A stretch of DNA of 64,000 nucleotides, taken from a virus. The stretch's first letter is position 1. Each line of letters begins with the position of its first letter. Location of the stretch: IMG/VR virus record IMGVR_UViG_3300025012_000003; one strand, given 5' to 3'. Below the pieces are notes generated by a model that was not told the DNA's origin, ran no database searches, and saw nothing but the letters and a program-made list of their open reading frames with translations. Made by a program: the position numbers and the translations under genes. Shown here piece after piece: positions 41,757-52,295 of the stretch.

Positions 41757-42603
41757 ACTTTTACCAATTTATCATATACCCTTCGTAAGACCCTCCCATA
41801 CAAGAAAAGTCATGTTTACTTTCTCTTACCACGGAATATTTCTTTTCAAGAGAAGGAAGTATCTCTGCTATGTTGAATACTAAAGTTCCCTTACATCCTA
41901 ATGCTTTAGCTTGTCTAATCTTCTCTCTCACTTCACCTAGATTCATGAAGTTATACCTCTTCTACTTTCTTTATTTCCCAAGATAAAGTTTCCTCTGATT
42001 CTAATTCAAAATCTCCCTTATCTATTTGAATCGGCAATTCGTCATTAGCTACACAACCAGTTAATAATTGTGTTATTACATGTTGAGCTTCGTCAGAATT
42101 ATCTACTCCAGTTACTATATAAGTATACCTGCTAACTTCTTCAGTTATTATTTTAAATTTTCCCATTACCTATCCCTCCTTGTACTTCTCATTTAAATCT
42201 TTAAATAGTTCTTCTCCATCTAATAAATCTTTTTCAAGATGAAGTTCATCCTCGGCTTCGTTTAGTTTATTAAATAAATCTTCTATGCTTTCACATCTTG
42301 TAAGATTGATTCCATTCTCAGCTTCAAACATAGCTTCGAGGGTTTCTGCATTAGGAATATGAGAACTATACTCAAGTGTCTTATATCCATCTGGGCTTTC
42401 CCCATCAGTTTCTATATAATAGTTTTCTATATCTTTTGCATCCACTACTATTTCAGAGACGTAATAAAAATCATAATCTCCATACTCATCTGTTTGAGAA
42501 TACATCTCACATAGTCTATCCGCATGTTCTTTGCTACTAAATGCTTCTACTGGATAATCTCCATCCATGCCTAGATTGTGCATTACAACGTATACTGTAT
42601 CCA

Positions 42604-42948
42604 TTATTCCTCCAGTAATTTTATTCTACTGGGAGATATGTCGACAAGAGAGGCTAACTGCCAATGCTCTAAAGCACTTAGGCTTAATCCTTTTATATCC
42701 ACCTCAAAAAGAATATCTCCCAGCCAATCCTTTTTATTTGTACTTAGATATACATATTTCCCATCTCTACCATATTCAATTTTTAATCCGTGTTTTAATA
42801 TGCTTTCTAAATTTTTAGAGTCAGTACGATGATAAGCTTTCTCTCTTGATAAGTTAAAAGCACAAATCTCACAGGATGTTAAATTCCTATCTTCTTTCTT
42901 GTACTTGCAAGTGTGGGGTTGTTGTTCTTCATAACATAAGATATTCAT
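42604..42948 (-). CDS. ADP-ribosyltransferase-fold protein (KptA/Tpt1- or DarT-like) with N-terminal Cys motif
   Basis: AYHRT..NLESILKHGL..YVYLS..LFEVD..ISPSRI. Confidence 0.6.
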   Translation of the reverse strand: MNILCYEEQQPHTCKYKKEDRNLTSCEICAFNLSREKAYHRTDSKNLESILKHGLKIEYGRDGKYVYLSTNKKDWLGDILFEVDIKGLSLSALEHWQLASLVDISPSRIKLLEE

Positions 42949-43590
42949 TACTTACTCGCATACCCTACAGCAAATATTAATAATGCTATACCAGCAAACA
43001 TCCAAAATACTTCCACCTATTTCTCCTTATTGTTCTTACTCTCTTTCAAATATTTAATTATTTCTTTAATATAATACACTGTCAAATGAGTAGCTAACAG
43101 GAGCATTATTAAGGCTAAGGAACCCACCATGACTATTAAAATAATATTTAATATTATTTCCATTACTTCTCCTTGTGATTTATTGTTATAGTCATTCCGC
43201 CATGAATTAAAAATCCAAATGCTAAAACTATTAAGGCTAATCCTGCAAAGGTTCCGAATAAATACATTATGTTTCTACCTCCTGTATATAGAATGCTAAA
43301 GTTCTGTCAGGATGTTTCTCTTCAGAATACTTCTGCATGCAACTAGAACATTCTATGGCTTTCTCTTTGGTATTGAATTCATCCAACTGAATATCTTCTC
43401 CGTCTTCTCGTATCATTCTGACACGATATCTCTTATTAGATGGTTCGATTCCAGATAACTCGGGAAGATTTTCTGCTATCATTCTTTCAGCATCTTCTCT
43501 TAATTCGGGAGGAAGATATTCCTTCAACTCATTTAATTTTGTAAATATATGTATTCTGTAAGCATCGTCTTTAGATTCCATGATTATTCC

Positions 43591-44043
43591 TTATACTTCT
43601 ATACAATGTTGTTTAAATACTTTTAAATCAAATAGAAAATTTTTACTATTACTGTTAGCATCTCCACCAACTACTATGGTTTTAAATAATTTATTAACTA
43701 TCATATTCTTAAGTTCTTTTGTAGGAATAAGATAGAGGCTTGCCTTATCTTCCGATTCGTGTATCTTGAAGCAGTACATGTCAGCCTCTGAAGTTTGAAT
43801 GCCTGAAGCCTTACCTCTGCATTCATACTCTACTCCTACGTTTCCTGTTCTTGCACAGGTAAAATCTTGTTTAACTTCTACCTTTAGGTATGTTCCTTTC
43901 TTGGTATAGAATAAGATATCATATTTATTATCGTGATTGTACCTTACAAAATCGCATCCATACTTTTCGCATATAGCACATGCAACTTCATATTCACATT
44001 GTTCCGCTAATTCTTTATCCTTTGTGTAGTTGTAGTGATTCAT
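43591..44043 (-). CDS. PD-(D/E)xK family nuclease
   Basis: YDIL..KVEVKQD..TGNVGVEY..SGI.TS.AD. Confidence 0.7.
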   Translation of the reverse strand: MNHYNYTKDKELAEQCEYEVACAICEKYGCDFVRYNHDNKYDILFYTKKGTYLKVEVKQDFTCARTGNVGVEYECRGKASGIQTSEADMYCFKIHESEDKASLYLIPTKELKNMIVNKLFKTIVVGGDANSNSKNFLFDLKVFKQHCIEV

Positions 44044-44394
44044 TTACTGTCTCCTACTTTATTTATATATAATTATAATAGCATAAATTAAAATAGAATG
44101 CAAGTATATGTTAAGTTATATTAATTTTCTACGACAAATCTAACTTTACATCCAGTACAGATTGTCATATCTGTAAGAATAGTTAAAGGCTCATAATAAT
44201 AAGTCTCTTTTCCACATTTGGGACAACGACTTAGTTTTTTTAAATTTTTCGGAATAAATTTAGTAATCTTTAATTTTCTTAATAAATTAATGAAAAATAT
44301 TTTCAATCTATGCTTTTTATAATAAGCTAGATAAAACATGTTTAGGTCTAACAAATATTTTCCAAAGGCATCTCTAAAATTCAATTCAATCTCC

Positions 44395-45138
44395 TTATAT
44401 TAAACTAAGTCCATAGTTTATCATAGTTATCTTTGCATTAACATAGGCTAAAGCATATTGTTGATTAGCTACAGCATATCCTCCGTTAGTTTGAATAGAG
44501 GTTACATAAGCATTCCAAGCTTGAGAAGTAGCAGAAGAATTATAAACCTCTACGGCATAATTAAAAGTATAATTATCTGGAGCATATCCTCCTAGTATAA
44601 TATCTGACTCTGAATCACAACACATGTTAGCTAGGTTATGGGAACACATAGCAGCGTGAATAGAGGTATTAGCATTAGCAGAATCAACTATACTATTATA
44701 AACATTAACAGCATCTTCTTGCATATTAACCACAGTATGAACATTAGTATCCTCACTATTCACAGCCTTAGCTACAGAAGCAGCCATACTAGCACCTTCT
44801 GAAGCAGTAGAAGCTCTCGAAGAATTTTCCACAGTTTGATTACTGAGATAAGCTACAGCAGAGGCTAAAGCTTCAGAGGGTCTTCCATCATTAGGGTAAT
44901 TTATGATAAAACCATTTATACATTGCTGTGTTGCATAAATTCCATACTGTATCTTTTTAGTGCGGTCTAATAATCTTAGTACTACAAAGTTAGCCCAATC
45001 ATAATGTTCCTCCGTTACTAATTCATTTATTAATACGGTAGAATCTATTTGGACTTGTACTCCGAAGTAAGATACAGCCCAAGTATATAAATCATTGGGA
45101 GCTTTTTCTTCCCTAAGCCATTGTAATGTTATTTGCAT
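44395..45138 (-). CDS. Imm5-like domain protein with Ala-rich C-terminal half
   Basis: YPNDGRPSEALASAVAYL resembles the Imm5 D.RP..A..A motif. Confidence 0.45.
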   Translation of the reverse strand: MQITLQWLREEKAPNDLYTWAVSYFGVQVQIDSTVLINELVTEEHYDWANFVVLRLLDRTKKIQYGIYATQQCINGFIINYPNDGRPSEALASAVAYLSNQTVENSSRASTASEGASMAASVAKAVNSEDTNVHTVVNMQEDAVNVYNSIVDSANANTSIHAAMCSHNLANMCCDSESDIILGGYAPDNYTFNYAVEVYNSSATSQAWNAYVTSIQTNGGYAVANQQYALAYVNAKITMINYGLSLI

Positions 45139-45148
45139 TTAGTCTCCT

Positions 45149-48100
45149 TTACTTATATTTATCATATTTAAATGTTAAATTTGATTTCGGCTCGTCATCG
45201 ATTATTTCAGTAAGTTCCCTCATCATGAGAGCTTTAGTTTCCCACTCTTTAAATTGTTCCTCGGTCATTATTTCGTAGTCTTGATGCTCAAGATAAAATT
45301 CTATGAAATAAGATTCTTCATTACATCCCGCTAAATCACTACCTGCAAAGCAAGAGAGTACCTCTCCGTCTTCGTATTTCATAAGATAATGTCCACTATC
45401 AGGACTTGTTAAATATACTTTATTCATGAAACTAATTCCTGCATCATCTTGTATTTATTTAAAATCTCGAAAGCTTCTTTCTGATAATTTAATTCGTATA
45501 TATCCCAAGCACCTTTACAATCTCGATATCCTAAAATGGAATCTTCATATTCAGAAGCATATCTGTGTTTATCATGAGGGTATTCTTTGTCCACAGAAAA
45601 GTCTTCTGATATCTCCCATTCTAACCAAGGATAGTCTCTAAAGAAAGAATCTTTAGTTCTATTAGGAGCATGTAAGTATCCCATAATAAATTCTCTCCCT
45701 CTATCTCCTTCATTGAATTCAAGAGCGAGATAAACTTTCTTAGGATTTATATTCGTTTTTGGAGTAAATTTATTCAACCTACCAACTCTCTTAAGTATCT
45801 TATTCTTTCTACCTCTTCTTTATTTTCTAATAGAGTTACACTATTTACATTAAAGAATTCATTATGGTAATCAGAATCATAAAAGTTATGAACTATTTTA
45901 TAACCACTTCTTATAAATTCTTGTCCCCTTCTATTAGTATATAGATATTTACAATGACGGCTTCTTTTCATAATCTGGTCGATACTTGTAATCTTAATCA
46001 TCTAATCCACCAGTTCCATCATCATTAAAACTCTGGTCATCTCTTCTTTTTCTTCAGGAGAACATTCCCACACATTAGTTATGTATCTGTTATTTATGTG
46101 CATTTTAAGATTAGCTTCGTCCCTTCCTCCTCGACGAGAATGCTCAGAAGGATTCTCAGATACATAAGTAAATTTCCAAATATCAAACAGGGACTTCTCA
46201 GCTTTCTCAAATGTATAATAGCCGATAACTCCATCATCCTCTTTAGAGAAATAAAGCTTATTGTAATCAAATTTATTTATATAATCTATCTTTCTCATTT
46301 AATTACTTTAATTCTTCCAATTCCTTTTTGTACTTTGATTTAATTATAAAAGCAGTTATGGCATAGTAAATAATTGATACTATAGCAAGTGAGATTGTAA
46401 TCTCACACACTGGGAAAGGACTTGCTATAAGAAAAAAAGAAATCCCTATAAGAGTAAATGCCAAGATACAAGATAGTCCACAAGAGTATAATAAAAATTT
46501 AAACATGTTTATCTCCTTTTAATATTTCTAATAATAATAGTTTAGCTCTTTTATTCCATTCGTTAAAGTAGTCATCTCCATAACATTCTATTACAGCTTC
46601 ACAAACTCTTCTATACTCGTTCTCTAAAATCATACCGTCATTAAGAGCAGTTATAAAATACTCTCTCCAATCAATAGAGAAATTATATCTACTTAATTCG
46701 TTCAATGCTAATGACAAGGGAAGACCGTGAGTATGATAAATCTCATACACTTTCCCTCCGCCTATTACAGATTTACCATCTTCTGTTATCTTAATCATTT
46801 AATTTATCAACTCCATCATTACTAATTTTCTATCTATTTCTTCTTGGTCTAGTATGTAATTTTTAACATGTCCAGACTTACATAACTGATTATAAATGTC
46901 TTCCATGCTATAAAATCCAGTGCCTATTTCATGCAGTCCTTTAGGGGTTACAGCATAATGCCTGACTCTACTTCCTTCTTTAACGTAGAGTGAATCAGCC
47001 TCTATTCCTTCCATGTATATTTTTGTTATATCATTCCAACTGTAGAATTTAGCCACTATTCTTCTATTCCTTGGAACAAGTCCATTATCTGTATTTTGTA
47101 ATCTCCCATAGCTTCTATAAGCTTAGGGTCTAAAGTACTTGGAGTATTCTCGTCTATGATGGCATAGAGTTTTACCCAATCCACTCTTAGGTTAGTAGAG
47201 ATGGCTGTTTGTAAAAACACTATAGTAGCTTGAGAGGCTGCTCTGAGATAGTTAAATTCAGTTCCGTTCTCGCATCCCATCATCATATCATAAGACAGGG
47301 CTTTAATTAGGTCTATTACTCCTGCGTAAACTTCTTGTTTATCTGTCATGGTTTTTCTCCATTATCATATTTATGAAATCATAAGGTTTATATAATTTCA
47401 TTATATCAAATGTTCTTTCTTTGTCAAGACTAACTTGTTCTCTTTCTTGTATTGGTCTTGGTTCTATTAATACTTTCATTCAATCAGCTCCTTCATTATC
47501 AGCTCTTTTTCAAATTCTTCTTTTGTTAAGATATCTAAACTAAAATATGTTATGATATTAATTCCTGAATTAAAAGATGTCTATTGACTTCTTCCATCAT
47601 TTCTTCGTAGGAACTAAATTGTTTAACTACCTTATATTTACATACTGTATTTATATGTACATTTTCTGAAATAAGATAACCATCTCTTACTCTTTCTTCA
47701 CTCTGAGTTCTTTCAAATTCATTAGCTTTACCAAATCTAAAAGCATAGGATTTATATGTTTCTTTATACGAGAAAGAACCTCCGACAGGGGATACAAATT
47801 CATCGTTTAGGAAAGGTTGAACTTGTACATAAAAATTAGTCATTGATTAACTCTTCCATAACGTACTTGGATAAAAATATATCTTCTCCTTTACTTAACA
47901 TAGGTTGAAAACGCTCTTTGCAATCTTCGAAAGAATCAAATAAGAGTTTTATAACAGGTTTTGAATTTGTATATAATCTTATCAAATCGTAAAATAAATC
48001 TGACCTGTTAGTATTTATACGCTCCCATCTTTGAGATTTCAAAGTATGAATGTATCGGGGATAAAATCCTATCATACTAAAATCTTCTCTACAAGAATAT

Positions 48101-48996
48101 CTTATAGGCATTAGTCCCGTAAACTTCTTATTAAATACTTCTACGAAATAGCTCATGCTAGAATAGAAGATACTGTTATCTAAGCGTTCTTTTTCTATCA
48201 TAGGTTTTATAGTGAGTTCGTACCAAACATCTTGGAACTTTAACTTCTGTACAAGTAGCTCATGTCTATTCACGATACAAGTTCCTTCATCGATATCAAT
48301 AATAACATTTCTTCTTTTGTAAAATCTTCTGTCTCATCAGTTTCATAATAAACAATAGTAAAATTAATAAACCTGTCTCCTAAGCGTTCCGCTGATGTTA
48401 GAGCCTCTTTCATAAAGTTTTCATTTATTACAAACTGTTCTCCGAAATGGAAAGGTTGGTAAGTTAGTACTTTGTAGCTAAAACCCATATAGGAAGTATC
48501 TCTATTCTCTGGGAAATAGTGAGAACTATAGTAATTAACTTTTATAATTTTAGGTTGTCCAATCATGATACTAATTCCTTCATACAGAAATAAGCAGATA
48601 CCTGTTCTTTAGTAACTTCCATACCTCTTTCTCTTTCATCTAAGGGAAACATGTTCTGAGTAGCAACCCATCTCTTTGTATGATGAGAATACCAGTAAGT
48701 ATTCTTGGTTCCTACTTTATATATCAAAGGTTTATATCCATCTAAATTAGGAGAGTAGTACTTCATACCAACAGTTCCTTAAGCATACAGGGAGCTAAAG
48801 CTTTACCTTCCGATATCTCATTAACAATATAACCTTGTTCTTCCCAATATAATAGAAACTCTTCAGCAGGGTACCAAGATTTCATCCACAAGGGGTTATC
48901 ACAATTATCGTAGAAATGGATAGAACCGTCTTCCGAAATCCTATAGACTTTCAAAAGTTCTTTACTTCTCTTACTAATTACTTCGTAATACTTCAC
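45149..48996 (-). CDS. Array of small ORFs, 9 with a terminal MxEL tail, 1 internal copy, 1 tail-only micro-ORF
   Basis: ORF track and shared C-termini. Confidence 0.85.
46499..46798 (-). CDS. Stand-alone fragment resembling the alanyl-tRNA synthetase helical domain
   Basis: GGKVYEIYHTHGLPLSLAL....NFSIDW versus AlaRS consensus G..AFKLYDTYGFP.DLT......VD. Confidence 0.6.
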   Translation of the reverse strand: MIKITEDGKSVIGGGKVYEIYHTHGLPLSLALNELSRYNFSIDWREYFITALNDGMILENEYRRVCEAVIECYGDDYFNEWNKRAKLLLLEILKGDKHV

Positions 48997-50491
48997 GATA
49001 CTACCTCATAGTTTCTTACAGGTTGCATATCCTTAGCTCTGAATAAAGCCTTATGTCCGTTCTTATATTCAATCAATTTGTATAATCCGCCTTTAGTACC
49101 TTCACAGTAGTAATAGTATTTAGATTCTCCTTGTCTGAAAACATTAGGATATTCTTGTTGAACATCTACTACATGTGTTACTTTTACTTTAAGCATTAAT
49201 ATCTCCTTGATTAACTATATAATTAGATTATCATAGCCAAAACAAGAAGTCAATGGTATGTAAAGAAATTGTTACACTGTAGGTACTTCTATTATAATAG
49301 AGAACACACCCTCATCTACCGAGACGTTTTCTCTGGAGGTCAATTCTTTTATGAGTGCTTCTTTAGAAAATAGTTTAAGTATCTCTATTTTATCTTCTTT
49401 AATCATTCTTATCAACTATTCCCAGTATCTTAACCTTCTTATTTCTATCGGCTATGAGTGCAATACTTCTAACATAGTCAAATTGCTCAGGAGGTATTTT
49501 ATATTTCATTGTTTCTTCCTTAATGTTTTTCGATACGAGTTATAATTTATTAACAGTTCTCGACTTAGTTTAATCTTTTTCGACTTTATTTATCTTAACA
49601 AGAAGCTATGTTTAAGAAGTCTTTTTAATTCCAAACAGTGGTACTTAAGGTAGACAAGTTCTGTTTCTCTGTCAATATCTTTATAGGTTTTGATAAAGTA
49701 ACTTCTTGTTTTTATTGCATATAAGAAAGATGCTACTAATGCACAGTGGTTTTGTTTATTCTTACTTATCTCTCTTAATTCTACACTACTTCCAGACTTA
49801 GTTCCATTTTGAGTACCCATTATTTCTTTCCTTGTGTTAAATTAAAACAGTAATCCAATATTCTTTCATTAGTGTCGTTGATTCTGTATCCCATTACAAC
49901 ACCACTATCACTTATAAAGAAATCCGTAGGATATTTTATTTCTTCATTTAAGAATATCGTTACTTCTTTCTTAACAACTATATTTCCGTGTCTGGGTTTA
50001 GCAACATATTCAAACATTTTTAGTTTCTTCCTTTTCTTTATTCTCATGATGTCTTACATAAGCATCATAGAACATTCTTAAGAAATAAAATCCACACATA
50101 ATACAAAGGATGCCCCAGAAATATTCACCTGATTTTAAATCGTTGAACCCAATATATAAATCCATGAAAGATAAAAATAAAAGAAAAACTTGTACTCCAG
50201 TCATTTAATTATTCACATACCTTTCCCTATCGGATTGTATCTGTCTTCTTACAATCTTAAGGTCTTCTTCATCACCTGTTATTCTAATACGATAATCTTC
50301 AAAGAATAAACCAGAGTCTTTCTCATATTCTACCCTTACATTATCATATTTAAAATCTAAAGCTCTTAAGTAACTTCCAAAGTTAGCAAGCTTAGTACAT
50401 TCAACAGTAAATTTTAATACAGCCTCTGCCATTAATTTCTCCTTGTATATTCATCATATACTATATTGAATTATACTACAAGTGTTTGTAA

Positions 50492-50821
50492 CTAAACTGT
50501 TACTAATTCTTTTCTTCTGAGTCGAGAAACAATTCCTAAAAGTCCTTGATGTAGTAAAACATGTTCGTCATGAGACATTATTTGTAAGTTAGAAATATGA
50601 TTATTAGACTTATTTAAATCTCTATGATGTACCTCATATCCATCGGGAATTTCAATATCCATTGCTAAGAAGAGTAATCTGTGTTCTAGGATTAAGAAAC
50701 TTCCTTCGTCTCCTTTGTACCTAACTAACACATACCCGTTATGAGTAATTTTTCTTTCTCCTTCTCTAAATACTTTCTTAACTAGCTCTTTGTCTCTAGT
50801 AAGTCTTTTAATACTTGCCAT
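50492..50821 (-). CDS. HNH endonuclease (HNH_3-like)
   Basis: NGYV..EHRL..IPDGYEVHHRDLNKSNNHISNLQIM..EH..LH. Confidence 0.85.
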   Translation of the reverse strand: MASIKRLTRDKELVKKVFREGERKITHNGYVLVRYKGDEGSFLILEHRLLFLAMDIEIPDGYEVHHRDLNKSNNHISNLQIMSHDEHVLLHQGLLGIVSRLRRKELVTV

Positions 50822-50824
50822 TAA

Positions 50825-50907
50825 AATCTCCTTGTCTTAATCTTATATATTTAGCATAACAAAAAGAAGACTATATTTCAAGTCTTCTTATATAAGTTTG
50901 TTACAAT
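50825..50907 (-). promoter_or_regulatory. Terminator/promoter cassette driving the HNH gene
   Basis: AAGAAGAC-TTGAAATATA-GTCTTCTT hairpin with T run; -35 50881-50876, 17 bp, TATGCT; leader AAGATTAAGACAAGGAGA; TTGTTACAAT box. Confidence 0.75.
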
Positions 50908-50917
50908 TATTTACAGA

Positions 50918-52234
50918 CTAAACTATGCTTGTAATTTGTCCGTCTACTACTGTTATTGTTTTACCGTCTACTGTTGTGAAGCTACCATTAATGGCATTCT
51001 TTGTTACACAACTATTAAGAGCATCCTTAACCGAGGCTCCAGAAACTGAAGAGTCGTTTGCTAATGCTGAAGCATGACTCATCAAGTCTACATTACCAGA
51101 GTTAAGAACTATCACGTTAGCTGGATTCTCTGGAGCAGATACTACATCGTAGTTAAGATAAGCTGTAGCTCCGTCAGAAGTTAAGCTTCCCCAAGTATGA
51201 CAAGTATGTATCTCTAACCAACAGTTGTTTATAACTGAGACATTGTTTAAACCAGAGTTAGCAATATTTCTTGTACCAGAATCTCCGTAAACTGGGTCAG
51301 GAACTTCTAATCCTACATCGTCTATTACAACATTTCCGTATACCATAGAGTCTCTTACTATCATGTGTGAAGAGTGTTGGGTAAGATTTCCACTGATTAA
51401 ACAATCGTTAGTAATTTGTAAATAGTCAACGGTTCCTCTGAAATTAGATACTATACTATCAGCCCACATGTCTGCTAACCAAACTGAAACTCCGTTCACT
51501 ACTCCAGTAGGTTTATCAAAAGTAATTGTTCCTCTGATAGTAATATCTCTTATTTCTAATCTACCACCAGTACTAAATGTACATAGATGAGTTCCCGTTA
51601 CTTTAGTAGTTTCTTTTGATTCACCTTTTAAACACACATAAGGTTTAAATGCTAAGTTTTCTGTGTAAGCTCCTGCTTTTATTTCTAACATATATTTCTT
51701 AGAATTACTTGCATCGGAGATAGAATCGATAGCAGATTGAATTGTCTTAAAGGGCTTCATCTGAGAACCATCTTCCGTATAAGAATCGGTTCTTGTGTTG
51801 TCTACGAATTTAACTTCTGTAACTGGAATTGCTATTAAAGCATCGAGTACAGCACGATTAGTATGAGCTATAGCCGTATGGTCATAAGTTGTTTCATGTG
51901 TAGTCATGACCCCATTAACAAAGGTAGCATCTACAGAAGAGCCTTGGAGACTTACTACTTCGGTTTGAATAGCCTGAACTGCCTCGTTCATTTCTGCTAT
52001 AGTATCTTTAAAGGCTTGAGGGGTTAATTGCTCTGCATCACGAGGAACTGGAATTGATAAATCTACTGTGGCTCCTAATAAAACTAAAGTATCAAAAGGT
52101 GCAATAGCAGATACTATCTGTACTTCTGTATAACCTATTGGAGCATTTACTGTTGTTAAGGGTGCTACTGTAAAGTTAGCAAGCTCGGATATAATAACTT
52201 GGGAGCTTCCTGTATTTTGAATTTGAAGTGCCAT
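50918..52234 (-). CDS. Probable virion structural protein with a pectin-lyase-like beta-helix (DUF1565-type start)
   Basis: DGSQMKPFKTIQSAID..MLEIKAGAYTENL; Val/Ile/Gly/Asn/Thr-rich; late-type promoter motif at 52261-52275. Confidence 0.6.
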   Translation of the reverse strand: MALQIQNTGSSQVIISELANFTVAPLTTVNAPIGYTEVQIVSAIAPFDTLVLLGATVDLSIPVPRDAEQLTPQAFKDTIAEMNEAVQAIQTEVVSLQGSSVDATFVNGVMTTHETTYDHTAIAHTNRAVLDALIAIPVTEVKFVDNTRTDSYTEDGSQMKPFKTIQSAIDSISDASNSKKYMLEIKAGAYTENLAFKPYVCLKGESKETTKVTGTHLCTFSTGGRLEIRDITIRGTITFDKPTGVVNGVSVWLADMWADSIVSNFRGTVDYLQITNDCLISGNLTQHSSHMIVRDSMVYGNVVIDDVGLEVPDPVYGDSGTRNIANSGLNNVSVINNCWLEIHTCHTWGSLTSDGATAYLNYDVVSAPENPANVIVLNSGNVDLMSHASALANDSSVSGASVKDALNSCVTKNAINGSFTTVDGKTITVVDGQITSIV

Positions 52235-52295
52235 TTTTTAATTCCTTATATTTTACTACTCATTTAAAATATAAAAGAATTGTATAGTAGACAAT

